DNA from: Amphiura filiformis
Taxonomy: Eukaryota
Direction of reading: 5' to 3'
NCBI RefSeq assembly: GCF_039555335.1
Contig: NC_092630.1
Coordinates: forward strand, 31,212,769-31,276,768
Length of the DNA stretch: 64,000 nucleotides
The notes beneath the pieces are model-generated. The model did no database searches. It worked only from the letters and a program-made list of their open reading frames with translations, and was not told the origin of the DNA. The number at the start of each line of letters is the position of its first letter. Position 1 is the first letter of the stretch. A program made the translations under genes and the position numbers. Shown here piece after piece: positions 12,745-24,943 of the stretch.

Positions 12745-12992
12745 GGTACTACCGTATTTCGTCAAATAAACGCCCCCGGGGGCGTTACATTTTCCCAAGG
12801 GGAGGGGGTTTATTAGAGGTCATTTTTAGCATGACAATTCCTGTTAGCTTAAAATTCACGCTAAAATGACGAACTATGAACTTTTGACACTGACTTTTGG
12901 TTCACTTCCGGGTTGCCAATGCAGATTTTCGCCATTTATTGCTGTGGTGGGGGGCGTTTATTTGAGGGGGCGACTATTTGACGAAATATTCC
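12745..12992. mobile_element. MITE (~245 bp; TIR ccgtatttcgtcaaataaacgccccc / gggggcgactatttgacgaaatattcc)
   Basis: The inverted termini are read directly, and it carries an internal palindrome aaacgcccccgggggcgtt. Confidence 0.65.
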
Positions 12993-13208
12993 AATATGTG
13001 AGACCATTCTATGAGCCTTTTTGATACATATTGAAATCAAGCTTAGGATTCAGATTATTTTGCTAATACCTCCATGTAAGTTACAAAACAGACACACACC
13101 CACACACTATCTTTATCTGGATCATGATTATAAATTCAACTTCACATTTGGAATCTAGAAGTGTTATTTTTACTTTCAAAAGTTATATTACATGATGTAA
13201 TACTTTAC

Positions 13209-13417
13209 CTAGGGAGGGGAGCTTCTGCCATCCACAATAAATCCATATTGCAGCCAAAAACAGGTATATGTGGGTAAGCGATACTATTTGGGGCACTGTT
13301 TGGATAACCATCTGTCATAAGTACATCTAAGATTAGCTGTAGACTTGTCTCCCACCTCACTGGCTCACCAAACAAAACAACTGCATCAATTTTAGGTAGT
13401 TCTCCTTTATGTCTTGG
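13209..13417 (-). CDS. HDHD5: HDHD5-like coding exon ([69 protein letters not shown])
   Basis: It matches human [67 protein letters not shown]. The acceptor is ttgtacttttcag| and the donor is CCTAG|gtaaag. Translation across four sequence lines shows no frameshift. Confidence 0.8.
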
Positions 13418-13989
13418 CTGAAAAGTACAAAATGTTATGAAAACAAATCTGCTTATTTTTGAGCTACATTTTTAGATAAAATCACAAATCGTGTTTAAAA
13501 TGTGGGTAATTTTTTTAATTGCATATTTCAGACTTGTAGCCATGACAAATGGATCGTGAGTCAGAAATTCTTGTGTCTGATATAGTCCGACGTGTAGGAC
13601 CTTTTTTTCTTATTTACCAGACAATGTTCAGCTCAGACTATGGCGCAAGAAAGACGAATCGCTAAAGTCCAGTGACCTCGGCGCGGTCACTGGACTTTCG
13701 CGGTCAATCTTTCTTGAGCAATCAGAGCCTGAGCAGTGATAGTTGGTAACTGAGAAAAAAACATGTCCTATTCGTCGGACTAGTCTGATAAGATATGAAG
13801 TTAGCCTAAAGGTCACATGGCTAGCAAGGAGTTTAAGCAAGACCACTCAATTAGCCCGATTATCATGTCCAGTATAATAAACTGCACCCAGTAATTAGAT
13901 CACATATCAATGTGTATGTCATTGGTTATTCAATCTCAAGGCTATCTACATGTAGACTAGAGAAATAGTTTCCTGGTATTGATATGGTC

Positions 13990-14095
13990 CCAGGGGCCAC
14001 TGGTCATTGACCATTGGATATCATTCGTAAACAGGCAATGTCTTTTGAAATGTTGACCATTGGATATCATTCGTAAACAGGCACTGTCTTTTGAA
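13990..14095 (+). repeat. Tandem duplication, about 52 bp × 2 (gaccattggatatcattcgtaaacaggcaatgtcttttgaaatgtt)
   Basis: Read directly. Confidence 0.8.
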
Positions 14096-14867
14096 ATGTG
14101 ATTAAGAGCTGTATAACGCTCCTCTGGTCTCCTCCTTCTTCCAAATTAGTGTCAACTTCATTGATGAAGGGTCTCCTCAAGAATAGCTTAAATTAGAGCT
14201 GAGCTGGAATTTGCAACAGTGGCCATTCAAGTTTTAAAGAGTTAATGAGTCATCAAGTGGAGCTATCACTCTTCTACATGCCATTTTTTAAGGGGAGCTG
14301 TAGAGGAACAATCGTTCCAAAGCTCCCCAAAAGACAGTGTCTGCAAAGATTCATGTAAAAAGGGAAATTTCCAAGATTAAAGCACTCTATAGAGTCTACA
14401 TGTAGACTATAGAAATAGATGTACGTAGCATGAATGGTATGTAAACAAGCGCATTTTAAGGGTTCTTTGAGAAAAACAATTTTATGAAATCAAGTAAAAT
14501 TTCAGACCTTGTGAGTAGAGGTTTGTGTATCAAATGCAAGGTCAGAGCAGAGAAATTTCAATTTACTTGGAGGGAAAGCCAAGAAAATTTCCAAGTCTTG
14601 TTTCCAAGGGTATAAAATGGCACTTGCTATACTTGTTTTAGGTGCATTTCAGGGAATTCAGATCAATGCTCCTGAAACCTAAAACTGTAAGCGTCCCATT
14701 TCAATGCACCTTTACAACTAAATTCTGTCAAATGTCCAAATACAATTACTAATTATACCTCCCAACCGAGGATTAGGCCAAAAAAATTGTTTGTTTGTCC
14801 TCCACAGCTTTGAAAGAGGAGGTGTGGGTGGGCGGATTTTTTTTAATTTTTTTATTTTTTCGGATTT

Positions 14868-15168
14868 GGCATATTCCTGGATCTAGCTAGAGCTAAAAGC
14901 TACAATCATTCATGGTGACTTAAAAAAAAAAACATTTTGTTTCTTTAATATGCAAAGTTATAGTTTGTGTTCATGTCATAGTATTTTAATGATTTCAAAA
15001 TGGATATAAATCCAATGTATTTTGAAGTCATTAATAATAATAGACTATGACATGAACACAAATTATAACTGTGCATATTGAAAACACAAAATGTTTTTTC
15101 GGGGGGCTTTTTATTTTCAACTTTAGCATTTAGCTCTAGCTAGGTCCAGAGATACTCCAAATCTGAAA
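14868..15168. mobile_element. Foldback element (~300 bp palindrome; ctggatctagctagagctaaaagctacaat…gtgttcatgtcatagt / rc)
   Basis: Inverted arms meet near 15010. Confidence 0.65.
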
Positions 15169-15182
15169 AAAAAATTGAATAC

Positions 15183-15412
15183 CGTAAAACCTCGTCTACA
15201 AGCATATAGAGTGCTTCTGATGAAAGCTGAATTAATCCACGTGCCATTTTGGAATTTGAGCAAATAAATTACAGATCCATGCATATTCAAACAAGTATTA
15301 TTGTAAGACCAATCTATTGTCTTGGCATATTTACGCATGTATCGTATTAATTTAGCTTTCATCAAAAACACTATATATGCTTGTAGACAAGTTTTTACGG
15401 TATTTTATTTAT
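15183..15412. mobile_element. MITE family A copy 1 (about 45-bp TIR ccgtaaaacctcgtctacaagcatatagagtgcttctgatgaaagc / rc)
   Basis: TIRs are read at 15185-15230 and 15355-15410. It is flanked by poly-A/T tracts. Confidence 0.75.
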
Positions 15413-15592
15413 TTAAAAAAAAAAAAAAAAAAAAAAAAAATTGGCCAGGCCTTAAACTGAGGAGCGGGCGGTGAAAGACAAACAAACAACTTTTTTTTTT
15501 GCCTTATGATGATATGGAGTTCAGACACATTGTATCTTTATTGTTTATGCAATGCATGCAAATTATCACTTCCTTGGTTCTTATTTACTAAC

Positions 15593-15689
15593 CTCTGTAC
15601 TTGGCGGTCTTCTTTTGTGATCAACCATGTCTAAATTGGGAAACATATCTCGAACCTCATCAACAGTAGTAATATTTGTAAACCCAAGC
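15593..15689 (-). CDS. HDHD5: HDHD5-like coding exon ((M)LGFTNITTVDEVRDMFPNLDMVDHKRRPPSTE)
   Basis: It matches human [35 protein letters not shown]. The acceptor is ttttcaatag| and the donor is CAGAG|gttagt. Phase is continuous with the flanking exons. No ORF-track anchor is available, because the exon is under 60 aa. Confidence 0.7.
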
Positions 15690-16477
15690 CTATTGAAAAT
15701 TCTTGAGTTAAGGAAATCATCACTCAGCAACAATATACAATCATTATGATTAAACTCTATGCTCTAAGTTCCTGTAATTAACACTTTCAGAGCAATACAT
15801 TGTCCTTTCTTTACACTGCAGGAAATGTTTAACCTTAATTTACACAAATGATACAGGAAGTCAGGAATTGATTGGTGATGATACAAAACAAAATGATTGG
15901 GGAAAATGTTAATATTTTTCGCAAAAAACAATTTCACCCTATGTTTGGTTTAAAATGTTCAATTCAGGAGTATAATATGTATTTACAGAAAGGCTTATTT
16001 TCTCATTACCTCAATTGATTTTTCATGTTTTACATGACTAAGCATATTTTTCAGTGGGTAAAAAGCCTGTTTCTTCAATAACTCCCAAAGTGCTGATTTT
16101 TCCATACCAAAAAGCAGAAAATTTCCTCATTTATACCTTAATTGTCAAGAGACGTTTTTACATGACTAGGCATATTTTTCAATGGGTAAAGGGTTTATAT
16201 ACCCCTGTTTCAATGTGATGTTATATTTTTTGTAAAATCTTGTCTTTAGTGGAGTAACAGGGGCTAATTACACCCTTTGCATTTCATAACAAAAGGTTTC
16301 ATGAAAAAAATAAATTGATGTACTGCAGGTGAATGACCTATGTCAATGCAAAACCAGATAAACAAATGTACAAAAGAAGCAAACCAAAACAATACAAAAC
16401 GTACTTTGAACTTCAAACAAAATACTAAATTTGTAATACTAAATCAGACCACGTTGTCAAGTAAATTTAAAGGATAC

Positions 16478-16590
16478 ATATGAGCTATGTCTTCTACAGG
16501 TCCTTGTCCTGACACTAATACATGCTTATTATGGAACTGTGGGAAGATTCTGAGAGGACTGTGTGACATGATGACTTGGTCAGGTGACAC
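16478..16590 (-). CDS. HDHD5: HDHD5-like coding exon ([37 protein letters not shown], ending in phase 2)
   Basis: It matches human [31 protein letters not shown]. The acceptor is tgttttatcttacag ending at 16591. The donor is CATAT|gtatcc, which is weak but phase-consistent with the next exon. The boundaries are anchored to ORF-track entry 16444..16719. Confidence 0.75.
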
Positions 16591-17915
16591 CTGTAAGATA
16601 AAACAATAGTAAATAGAAAACAATAACATGTAAGATGAAATCAAGAACATAATTACCGTAGTAACAGAAAGATGTGATGTTTTTGAAAGAATTCCACACT
16701 GTACTCCAAAATGCATCAAAATATATCAAGTACCGTACATATCGTGTTTATAACACAATAATTATTATACATTTGCTAAGGATGACACCCTCAATATTTT
16801 TCAAAATTCTGTTTTTACACAATTGTTATGTACTTTAGTAAGTAAAATACACTGCAAAAATCAAGACTTTAGGGGGTGTAGTTTTGTCGAAATTCAAGAT
16901 TTTGAATTTAACCGCAGGAACCGTCATTTTATTATTATGATGGAAATCAAATATTAGTTAAATGCGTACACGATGTGCATAACATAGTACGTACATGGCG
17001 TCCAGGCAAATGTGACGTATAATCAAAAGAACCGACACAACTCAACATTCAAATGAGTGGCTTGCTTAATTAGCGACATATGCGCTGGTATTAATAGCGA
17101 TTTTCTTTGTATTGCCTCGTCTGTTTAGACCCAAATTAAAATTACATATCTGACAGTGAAAAACAAACTGGATATGGGACTCTTTTTGCCAAATTACACT
17201 TTGTTGGAAATGGAATATACATGTAACCAGACAACTAAAAGCAAATCCAATGCAAACTATGTTTTTGTTTTTATTTTTACCAACAAAAATGAACAACTAT
17301 TGTATAAAATATGGTGGCATACATGTGGGAAAGCAAGAAAACAAAATCTTGATGGACTGAATTGCAATTTTGGATTTGCTGTTTTGCGTAGTCCTTTAAA
17401 ATTTTTGCGTAGTCCTTTAAAAATATATGCCCTTCACAATTGATTTTGAGTTAAATACTGTTTCCCTCCCACATCCAAAATTGAGAATCTTTATTTGACA
17501 TTTGCTCAAATGACATTTTATTTACATTAATTTGTTACTTTCTTACTTTGATCACTGTAACTATGATTCTGAACAAACAAAGAATACCCCTGCATTATTG
17601 TCAATGTATAAAATCAACCATATAAATAATTTTAAGGGAAATCAACAAATCCAAAACTATCAAAAGCTACACGCAGCTATCATAATTAATTTAGACGATT
17701 GAGTGTCATTGACACTGAGAGATATAAATATAGTTTGTACACTTGGGCTATGACACATCATCTGCCCAGGTAAGGGTTTTTAAACATATTAAAATATGTT
17801 TGTAGTGACATGCAATATTGTTTTCAGCTGGAGGCCATAGGCTACGTGCAAGAATGTTTCATGTCCATACTGAATGTTCTCAAATGTAGGTCAAGGCTAT
17901 CTACAATGTAGGTGT

Positions 17916-18474
17916 ACCGTAAAATGGGGTAACTTCGGTCAGCGGGGTAACTTTGGTCAGTCAAATATATTTCTTTAAATGGTCATATTTTCGTACAGCA
18001 ATATTGTTTTTAGTCATATTTGGTGTCAATTTGTTAAGAAAAATACTTGGAAGAAATAATACTCACAGATTTTTGACCAAAAATGAGCATTTTAAAAAAA
18101 AAAATTCAGAAAAAATAAAAATCGATATTTGTGGGCAAGGATGTGTGCTTGATTAATTTTGCAAGGGGTCAAATGTCACAAAAAACAACAACTTGCCCAT
18201 ATACAGCGAAGATCAATTTAAAAAAAAAATTCTTTGTGGAATGTAATACTCTGTCCAAAGTTGCCCAAAATGCGGGGTAACGTTGGTCAGGCTATTTTTA
18301 ACCCCTAGGGCACGGCCTTAAAAAATTATTAAAATTATTTTTTTCAACTTCAAGGTGAAGAAGGGAACCCTAATATCATAAAAAAGAGATAATTAGAAAT
18401 ATAATTGGTTTTGTTTGGAAGCGGTGGTTTAAAAACTCTCAAAAGTGCCCAAAGTTACCCCATTTTACGGTACT
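17916..18474. mobile_element. MITE (~560 bp; TIR gtaccgtaaaatggggtaacttcggtcag / …gttaccccattttacggtac, with internal partial TIR copies)
   Basis: Inverted termini are at 17916-17960 and 18448-18474. Confidence 0.7.
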
Positions 18475-20730
18475 GCTTGGATTTTAATTTGGTATAAAAC
18501 ATCAAACAAATCTACTGCAAATATTTCTCAAGTGCTTGCTACATTTAGTATAATTTAAATTTGTATTCAAAATCATTTCTGTATTTGGATAAAATTTTTT
18601 ATATTGTTGACCATCCACTAGTGAAAGTGCACGAATCAAATAACACTCCATGCTATATGCTTGCAGAAACACTTGGAACTTGAGATCAACTTGGCATAGC
18701 TAGGGGTTGTGGCACCTGGGGCAAGGATACAGAATGGTGCCCCATTCCTGAAACAAGGCATATCCAGAAACAGACAACCCCAAGGTCAAGGGTGGTTGGA
18801 GTGCACTGGGGGGGGGGCCTAAGTGGCTGAAATGTGCCCAAAATAGGCCGATTTTGCTTGATTTTTCAGAAAACCTGGGGTGCGCATTCACCCTGGATAC
18901 ACACTGCAATATATATCATACAACAATATTGCTATGATTTTCATTCATTTTGGTCATAAAATAAACATGCTATTAATAGTGCATGTAACATCTTTTAGCG
19001 TTATTGTGCATCATGCCATCTTCAATGTATACATGTAGAGTGTGATTAATACTAGCTAGGGTAAATGTTTATGTTTTGAAACTGTTATCCCAGTGCCCTT
19101 CCTATCAAATAGCTATTTTGGCATCTTTCCACATGTACATGTGTATGAGGCTATGGCATTTCACTGCCTTTGACATTCACCATCACACTAGAGACAATTT
19201 TGAACTTGCATAACCTTTATGTATTAATCGGGAACTTGGCACTGGCCATGTCAATACTTTATTATATTCATACCACAACTTTGCCACAACAAATTTTGTC
19301 AACAAAATAAATCTGGCTTTTCAACATGCCGACTTGTATGTTGAAGAACCATTAAAGTTAATTTTCCATTTTATGTACATGATACATCACCCTAAAATCA
19401 TAGTATTTCCATGAAATGTTTTTTGCTGTAGGTAGTCTATATAAATGTTAGACAAAAAGCAAAATTTAGTATTGCAAAACAAGCAATGAAGTAATAAACT
19501 AAATCTGAAAGTATAGTATACATGTACATGTAGGTAATCAAAAGTGATTAAAATCAGTAGGCCTACATTTAAAGCTGTCAATCTTATTTTTTTAGTGCAG
19601 GCTCGAAATTCAAGGAGGACAGGCCTCTGTTGCCCTGCCCTTAAATGTGGCATTGGTGCCCTTAATTTCACTGCATGTACTGCCTGCAGTATGGACAAGG
19701 CATATAAAGGTAGGGTTACCCCGATTTGATCACTGAACCTCAATTCGACAAATCTGCTGAAAATAGATTTGTTTACTTAGTATGCCTAGAATTGTTGCCA
19801 CTTCAGGCTATTTTCAGGAGAAAGTGCATTGAGTGGAACAACCACTCTGTCTAATGATAACATCCTTTGTTTAGGGTCAAGGCAAAAAAATCTCAAGGCC
19901 AAAATATGGGCAGCCATATAAAAATACTTGACAAATGCTGAATGCAATGGAAGTGTAAAACATAATTTACATTTTTCAATTAAGTTTTAAATTAATAATA
20001 ATAATGCAATAATTTTACATGCAAGAGGCAAGAGAGAAAACTATTCTACATGAATAATTAATTATTAATTATTATTATTTTAACCGTATAATTATTATAA
20101 TTATTATTATAATTAATTATTCTACATGAGAAAAATTAATTCTACATGAAAAAGTCCACTCTAAATTAAAGGCGGATGACCCACTTGACAGCCTCACTGT
20201 CCCCCCCCCCCCCCCACTTTAACCCATCAAAATTGAGATGGGCATTCCATAACCCAAGATGATTTGCTTAGTCAGTATGCTAAAGTGTCTTATATTTAAG
20301 CGCAGAAAATCATGTGGCAACAAAATTGGCATCCAAACTTTGCAAGTGAACAACTTGAATGAACCTTTTAAAGCCATAATTTATACGACTTCTGTCACAT
20401 TTAAATTTTGTTATTTTTTGACAAAAATTATAAAATAAATTCATAGTATATAACTCACAACTGTCAGTTCTATTCATTTGTGTTTAACCGTGGAGCCCTA
20501 TGGGGGTGAAAAAAATGATTTGTGTTCCTACTAATAAATCAACAAATTTGACAAACCAGTTACATGAAAGTTGGAACATTGATAAAGATTAATACCAAGT
20601 ACCAAAAATTAAGTTTGATTTGAAAACAGAATAATTTTAAAAGATCGTATATTATGACTTTAAATGTGATACCACAACAGTTCAATCAAGAGTATTATGA
20701 AACAAGCATTCACTTCAAGAGGCAAATCAA

Positions 20731-20790
20731 TCCAAACCTTGATATCCAGCCAATCTGATAGTTGTTTGGCTTTGTCCTCACACAAAATCT
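20731..20790 (-). pseudogene. Partial duplicate, about 55 bp, of the 3' end plus donor of HDHD5 exon 21640-21837 (…ATCAGATTGGCTGGATATCAAG|gtttgg)
   Basis: About 88% identical to 21631-21700. It has no upstream reading-frame support and is not a complete exon. Confidence 0.5.
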
Positions 20791-21344
20791 AGAAAAGGAA
20801 AATTTTGCCAAGTTCTTGGTTTTGCGGATGGGTCACAAATGTGAGGCAACGTGGTCAAATGGGGAGGAAAGATGTTGGCAACCAGCAATTTGAAATTATT
20901 TGTAGTAGAAGCCAAAATTAATACAAACACATTCATTGATGAATTTCCTATTTCACAATGGCGCAATAGCTGACCACCAGCAAAAAACCATGTGGTACCA
21001 AATAGTGCTATTAAGATGTGGTAAAAATGTATCTAGTGCTATTAAGATGTGGTAATTTTGGTTTCACTTCAGTGGCTTTAATTATAAAATGATCACTTAT
21101 TTTAGAAAGTACAAGTGAGATCAAAAACCAACTCTGTTTTTGTTTTGCTCTTTTTTTTATAGGTAGTACGGTCACTAGTACCTCAACTTCAAGTACGTTA
21201 TTTGTGAGTCTGAAGTCATCACTTTGACACAAAATAGTGGATCATTGAACACAGAAAATCAATTGATATTGGGTAACAAAAATGGTACGCAATCCACATT
21301 CTGCAGGTGAAGACCCTGCACAAACCTTATTGATCACACCTGAG

Positions 21345-21522
21345 TACCATGATCATATCCAGGGACAGGCGATTTGCGCGGAAAAAAATAGCAAATTGCA
21401 CAGATTTTGCGTGGAACTCTTTTTTCAGTGCAAATCATGTATCCCTGCCCATAGGAAAAAAAATAGCCAATTGCGCGGAAAAAAAGTTCCGCGCAAATCG
21501 CCTGTCCCTGATCATATCCCAG
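21345..21522. mobile_element. MITE (~180 bp; perfect ~33-bp TIR catgatcatatccagggacaggcgatttgcgcggaa / rc), inside an HDHD5 intron
   Basis: TIRs are at 21347-21384 and 21487-21520. ORF-track entries 21282..21644, 21334..21540 and 21349..21561 overlap it and are spurious. Confidence 0.75.
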
Positions 21523-21639
21523 TACAACACCCTGTTTCACACAAATCTGTATACTTATTAAATTTTAACATAATCAAGAACATTTTTTACACAATCACAC
21601 ACAAAAATCACTTCAACAAAGAGATTTATCAATGCCAAC

Positions 21640-21837
21640 CTTGATATCCAGCCAATCTGAGAGTTGCTTGGCTTTGTCCTGACGCATTTTGTTGCCAGCA
21701 TTGGTCACAAAGACAGTTGGTACTCTCAGGTGTCCAGTATGATCTGACAACATTTGGAATGCTTCAAGAGCTTGAGGGAGCACCTTCTTACCCCGGACGA
21801 CAACACCATCTATGTCCAGAAGTAGGCCAAAATTAGG
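21640..21837 (-). CDS. HDHD5: HDHD5/CECR5-like HAD hydrolase, coding exon carrying HAD motif I (translation PNFGLLLDIDGVVVRGKKVLPQALEAFQMLSDHTGHLRVPTVFVTNAGNKMRQDKAKQLSDWLDIK)
   Basis: The translation aligns to vertebrate HDHD5 ([25 protein letters not shown]...VPVVFVTNAGN), as recalled from memory. A polypyrimidine tract plus cag acceptor ends at 21838-21840, and a GT donor follows the AAG codon at 21638-21639. The boundaries are anchored to the frame of ORF-track entry 21613..22011. The Met-containing upstream exon was not found in the window. Confidence 0.85.
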
Positions 21838-22380
21838 CTGAATGAAAGAGAGAAAAACAGTGGCATTATTCTTGCTCAGTAGATGTGGGTCTAGTATGCA
21901 AGCACTAAAACTTGAAACTTGATTGGTTCCTGGATTTCCAGGTTTATCAATTAGAGCAATTATTATAGCACACCGGTAGTTGACACATTTGTAGTGTGTC
22001 AAAATTGTCATTCATAAATAAGAATAAAGAAATTAAACTGGACATCTTTTATCAGTCCAGATGCTTAGCAATTTTGAAATGTTTTTCAGAAAACAGATGC
22101 CAGTGTAAATTATTGTACACGGATTGCGAGCGGGCAACCATGAGATTTTTCGAGATCCTCATTTCACAACTAGCCGATTGAGCTCATTAGAGACTAGGGT
22201 CTGAAATGTTTAGAGAGTAAAGGTATCGTTTATGGCCGCTGTCGTGCATCTATCGTCTCATATAACAAAGGCGACATCATTATTTTAAGTAAAACAACAA
22301 GGTGAAGCCGAGTTGTTCAAGTGTTTTACGCCAAAAATAATGATGTTACGTGCAATAAATGACATGTATCAGTATATAGG

Positions 22381-22760
22381 TAATAGGTATGCTAGGTGAA
22401 TTCAAATTTGCCATCAAACTGCATCATTTTATCAAATCAAAGCCCTTGAGTAAACAAAGAAAAAACTGAAAACCATTTTTTCATAGCACTTTCCGTAGCA
22501 AAGTTACATCTTGTCAAAGATTGACTTTCATCAAAAAGTTTCAGCTAGCAAAATTCCCCAAAGCGGCATTTCGGGATGTTTCTAGATCTTAGTCTCATTA
22601 TGATAGCAGCTTTTTTAATGGAACTGCTATCCAAATCCCTCTAAAATTCCATGTGCGAGTGACTTATCACCATAAAAAATCATATATTTGGGTCAAGTGA
22701 AGTATAGTATAGAAAACATATTTATGTACGTTTTCTTCTTCGGCCAGTTGTTTTAAATTT
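22381..22760 (+). repeat. Dispersed repeat family B copy (other copies at 40076-40400, and 40548-40617 plus 40841-41230)
   Basis: Three copies of about 350 bp are 85-90% identical. Confidence 0.7.
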
Positions 22761-23932
22761 CTATGTAAATATGCATTGACATTGTCGGCAAATGTTGGCT
22801 GACTAGCAAAATGTGTTAACTCAGCCTCAGGTTTGCCTGGGTTACCTACAGTATATCCAGTCTGGACACATCACACTTCATGTGTGATGATGTATCAGAC
22901 AATAGATAAATATAGATTCTCGACATCGGCTTAAAACAATACCTTTATTCTCATTCAATACACTTCAATTCAAATACATATACTATAAAATAATTCATTT
23001 AATCTAAAAGTGTGTTATATTGTGTCTAAGAACCAATAAGATTGCAGGAACTTTCTTTTTCTTTTAAGAATTATTAGCTTTGTCTGATTTGTTGATCCTC
23101 ATCTCATTCTGCAATGATTTCATATGAATAATTCGTTATAATAGTATGGTATTATGATGATGTATAGTACATAATAAATGTATGTACTTTGCTACAAACA
23201 CAAACATGATGACAATTGACAATTGACAAACAACAATAAATGAATGTCTACAACAAAATATTCTCTACAACAACAAGCAATCAATGAAAACACAAGAGCA
23301 TGAACATGATGAAGTGGTGGTCAATGATCAAAATATCCTTGAATATCACGACAAATTCGGGATAGTACTGCTAAATAAGTTTACTATACCTGGAGTTTGG
23401 AGCTCTTAAATCTCCTTGGAACAGTAGTAAGTGCTTGATATTGCCTAAAATATGGACATAATCGTTTCGAAAGCGACCGAATTGTTGCAACCGGCATCGC
23501 CATGTCTGCAGAATTTCGGCGAAATGATCGTACATGTACCGGTTTGCTACATGAACAAAGTACAACCCCGGTACAATTCTGCACGTTACTGTACGCGACA
23601 CAGGCACTGCATCTCAGTTCACATGTACGGTCATGCGACCTTTTTACATGCGACCTTTTTATAGGGTGATGAAATCAGCAGTAGCCTAAGTTCTGCCAGC
23701 CCTCTCTAAACTATGGCTTATCAAAATGACATGCGTAGGTATTAATGGACTATTAAACTGATTTTATCAGGAGGCTCGCCCCGTTTGTACATTTCATTCG
23801 TCAAGATTTTTATGGGCGTGACCAATCAAAATACCTCATTTCTATGACGTCAAATACGGAAGTGGAATTAGTGGATTAACGTGGTGGGAAACGTGACAGC
23901 ATCACAGCAAGGCAAAAGAGCTATGCAATGAA

Positions 23933-24127
23933 TAATATTGACAGTGGCGGCGCTGCGGGGGGGGGCGCGCTGCACGGGGTGGGTGGAAAGGGGATTTTCC
24001 CCCAAGTATTTTTCTTGCCCCCCCAGTTTTGAAGCAAAACCCCAAAAATTACGTAAATTTCCGCAAAATTTGTCGATTTTGCCCCCTTCCCCCCAGGAAA
24101 AAATCCTGGTGCCGCCATTGAATATTG
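23933..24127. mobile_element. G/C-homopolymer-rich MITE (TIR aatattgacagtggcggcgc / ggtgccgccattgaatatt; interior …aaaattacgtaaatttccgcaaaatttgtcgattttgccccc…)
   Basis: A related copy is at 49150-49370 in IMP4 intron 2. Confidence 0.55.
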
Positions 24128-24654
24128 ATGACCCCCCAAAAAAAAACACTGGAAGAAAATAAGGAAATTGCGAGGGATGTTGTTGGGGTGCAATTTCAGG
24201 TACAGTCGGCGTAAGCGGAGGGGGGGGTGGGAGACACATCGACCTTATTTTTTGCAAGGGGGACACGTCCGTGCCCCATATATTTTTTATGGGGCACGTT
24301 TAATATATTTACTTGAACTTCACAGAGAAGATGAGAAGAAAGTGTATCAGAATGATTTTAGCCGCTGTCTCGCATCTATTGTCTCATACAAATGATACAT
24401 GTATCGGGATATGCATATGCCAAAAATCGCTTGCTCTCAGCCTGCCCAAATCCGGGGCCCAAATATCTTTGCCCGCTTTTTTTTTTTTTTTTGCACATGC
24501 TATTAAATTTTTTAGTCCCAATTTGCTAATCTTGAGGGCTTGGTCACCCACATTTGTAAAGACCTTTAGCACATCATATTTAAGGGGGGGGGGGGTAATG
24601 AATAGTGAGCGGAGTCAAATTTTTATGACCCCTATCATGGGCTAATTTTTTTTA

Positions 24655-24682
24655 TGCCCCCCCCCCCCCCCCCCCCATCTCT
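24655..24682 (+). repeat. C(23) homopolymer, one of many long G/C homopolymers (also at 20196-20214, 24470-24492 poly-T, 24590-24600, 39801-39812, 43105-43117, 49140-49152, 53445-53455, 53761-53773)
   Basis: Read directly. Confidence 0.9.
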
Positions 24683-24943
24683 GGTTCAAAATTTGTATGA
24701 CTTCCCTTCTGCCTACACAGACACAGAATTCAGGCTCATTTGATATAAAAAACATGCCTCCGCACATTTTGAGTGTAGGCTAATGGCACTGTGACCAGCA
24801 AATCACCGTTTTAGGAAATATACTCAGTCTGGCATTTCAATGATTAACCTTTTTTCCTGGCCATTTCACCCCAAAACCCTGGCTATTCCACTCCTCTAGA
24901 TCCTGTGACCTTGAAATAACCTTCAAATTATGTGAAACACCAT

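Noticed and set aside
23868-24645. Several overlapping 75-132-aa ORFs rich in P, G and F
   Set aside because: They are artifacts of poly-G, poly-C and poly-T tracts and the MITE at 23933-24127.
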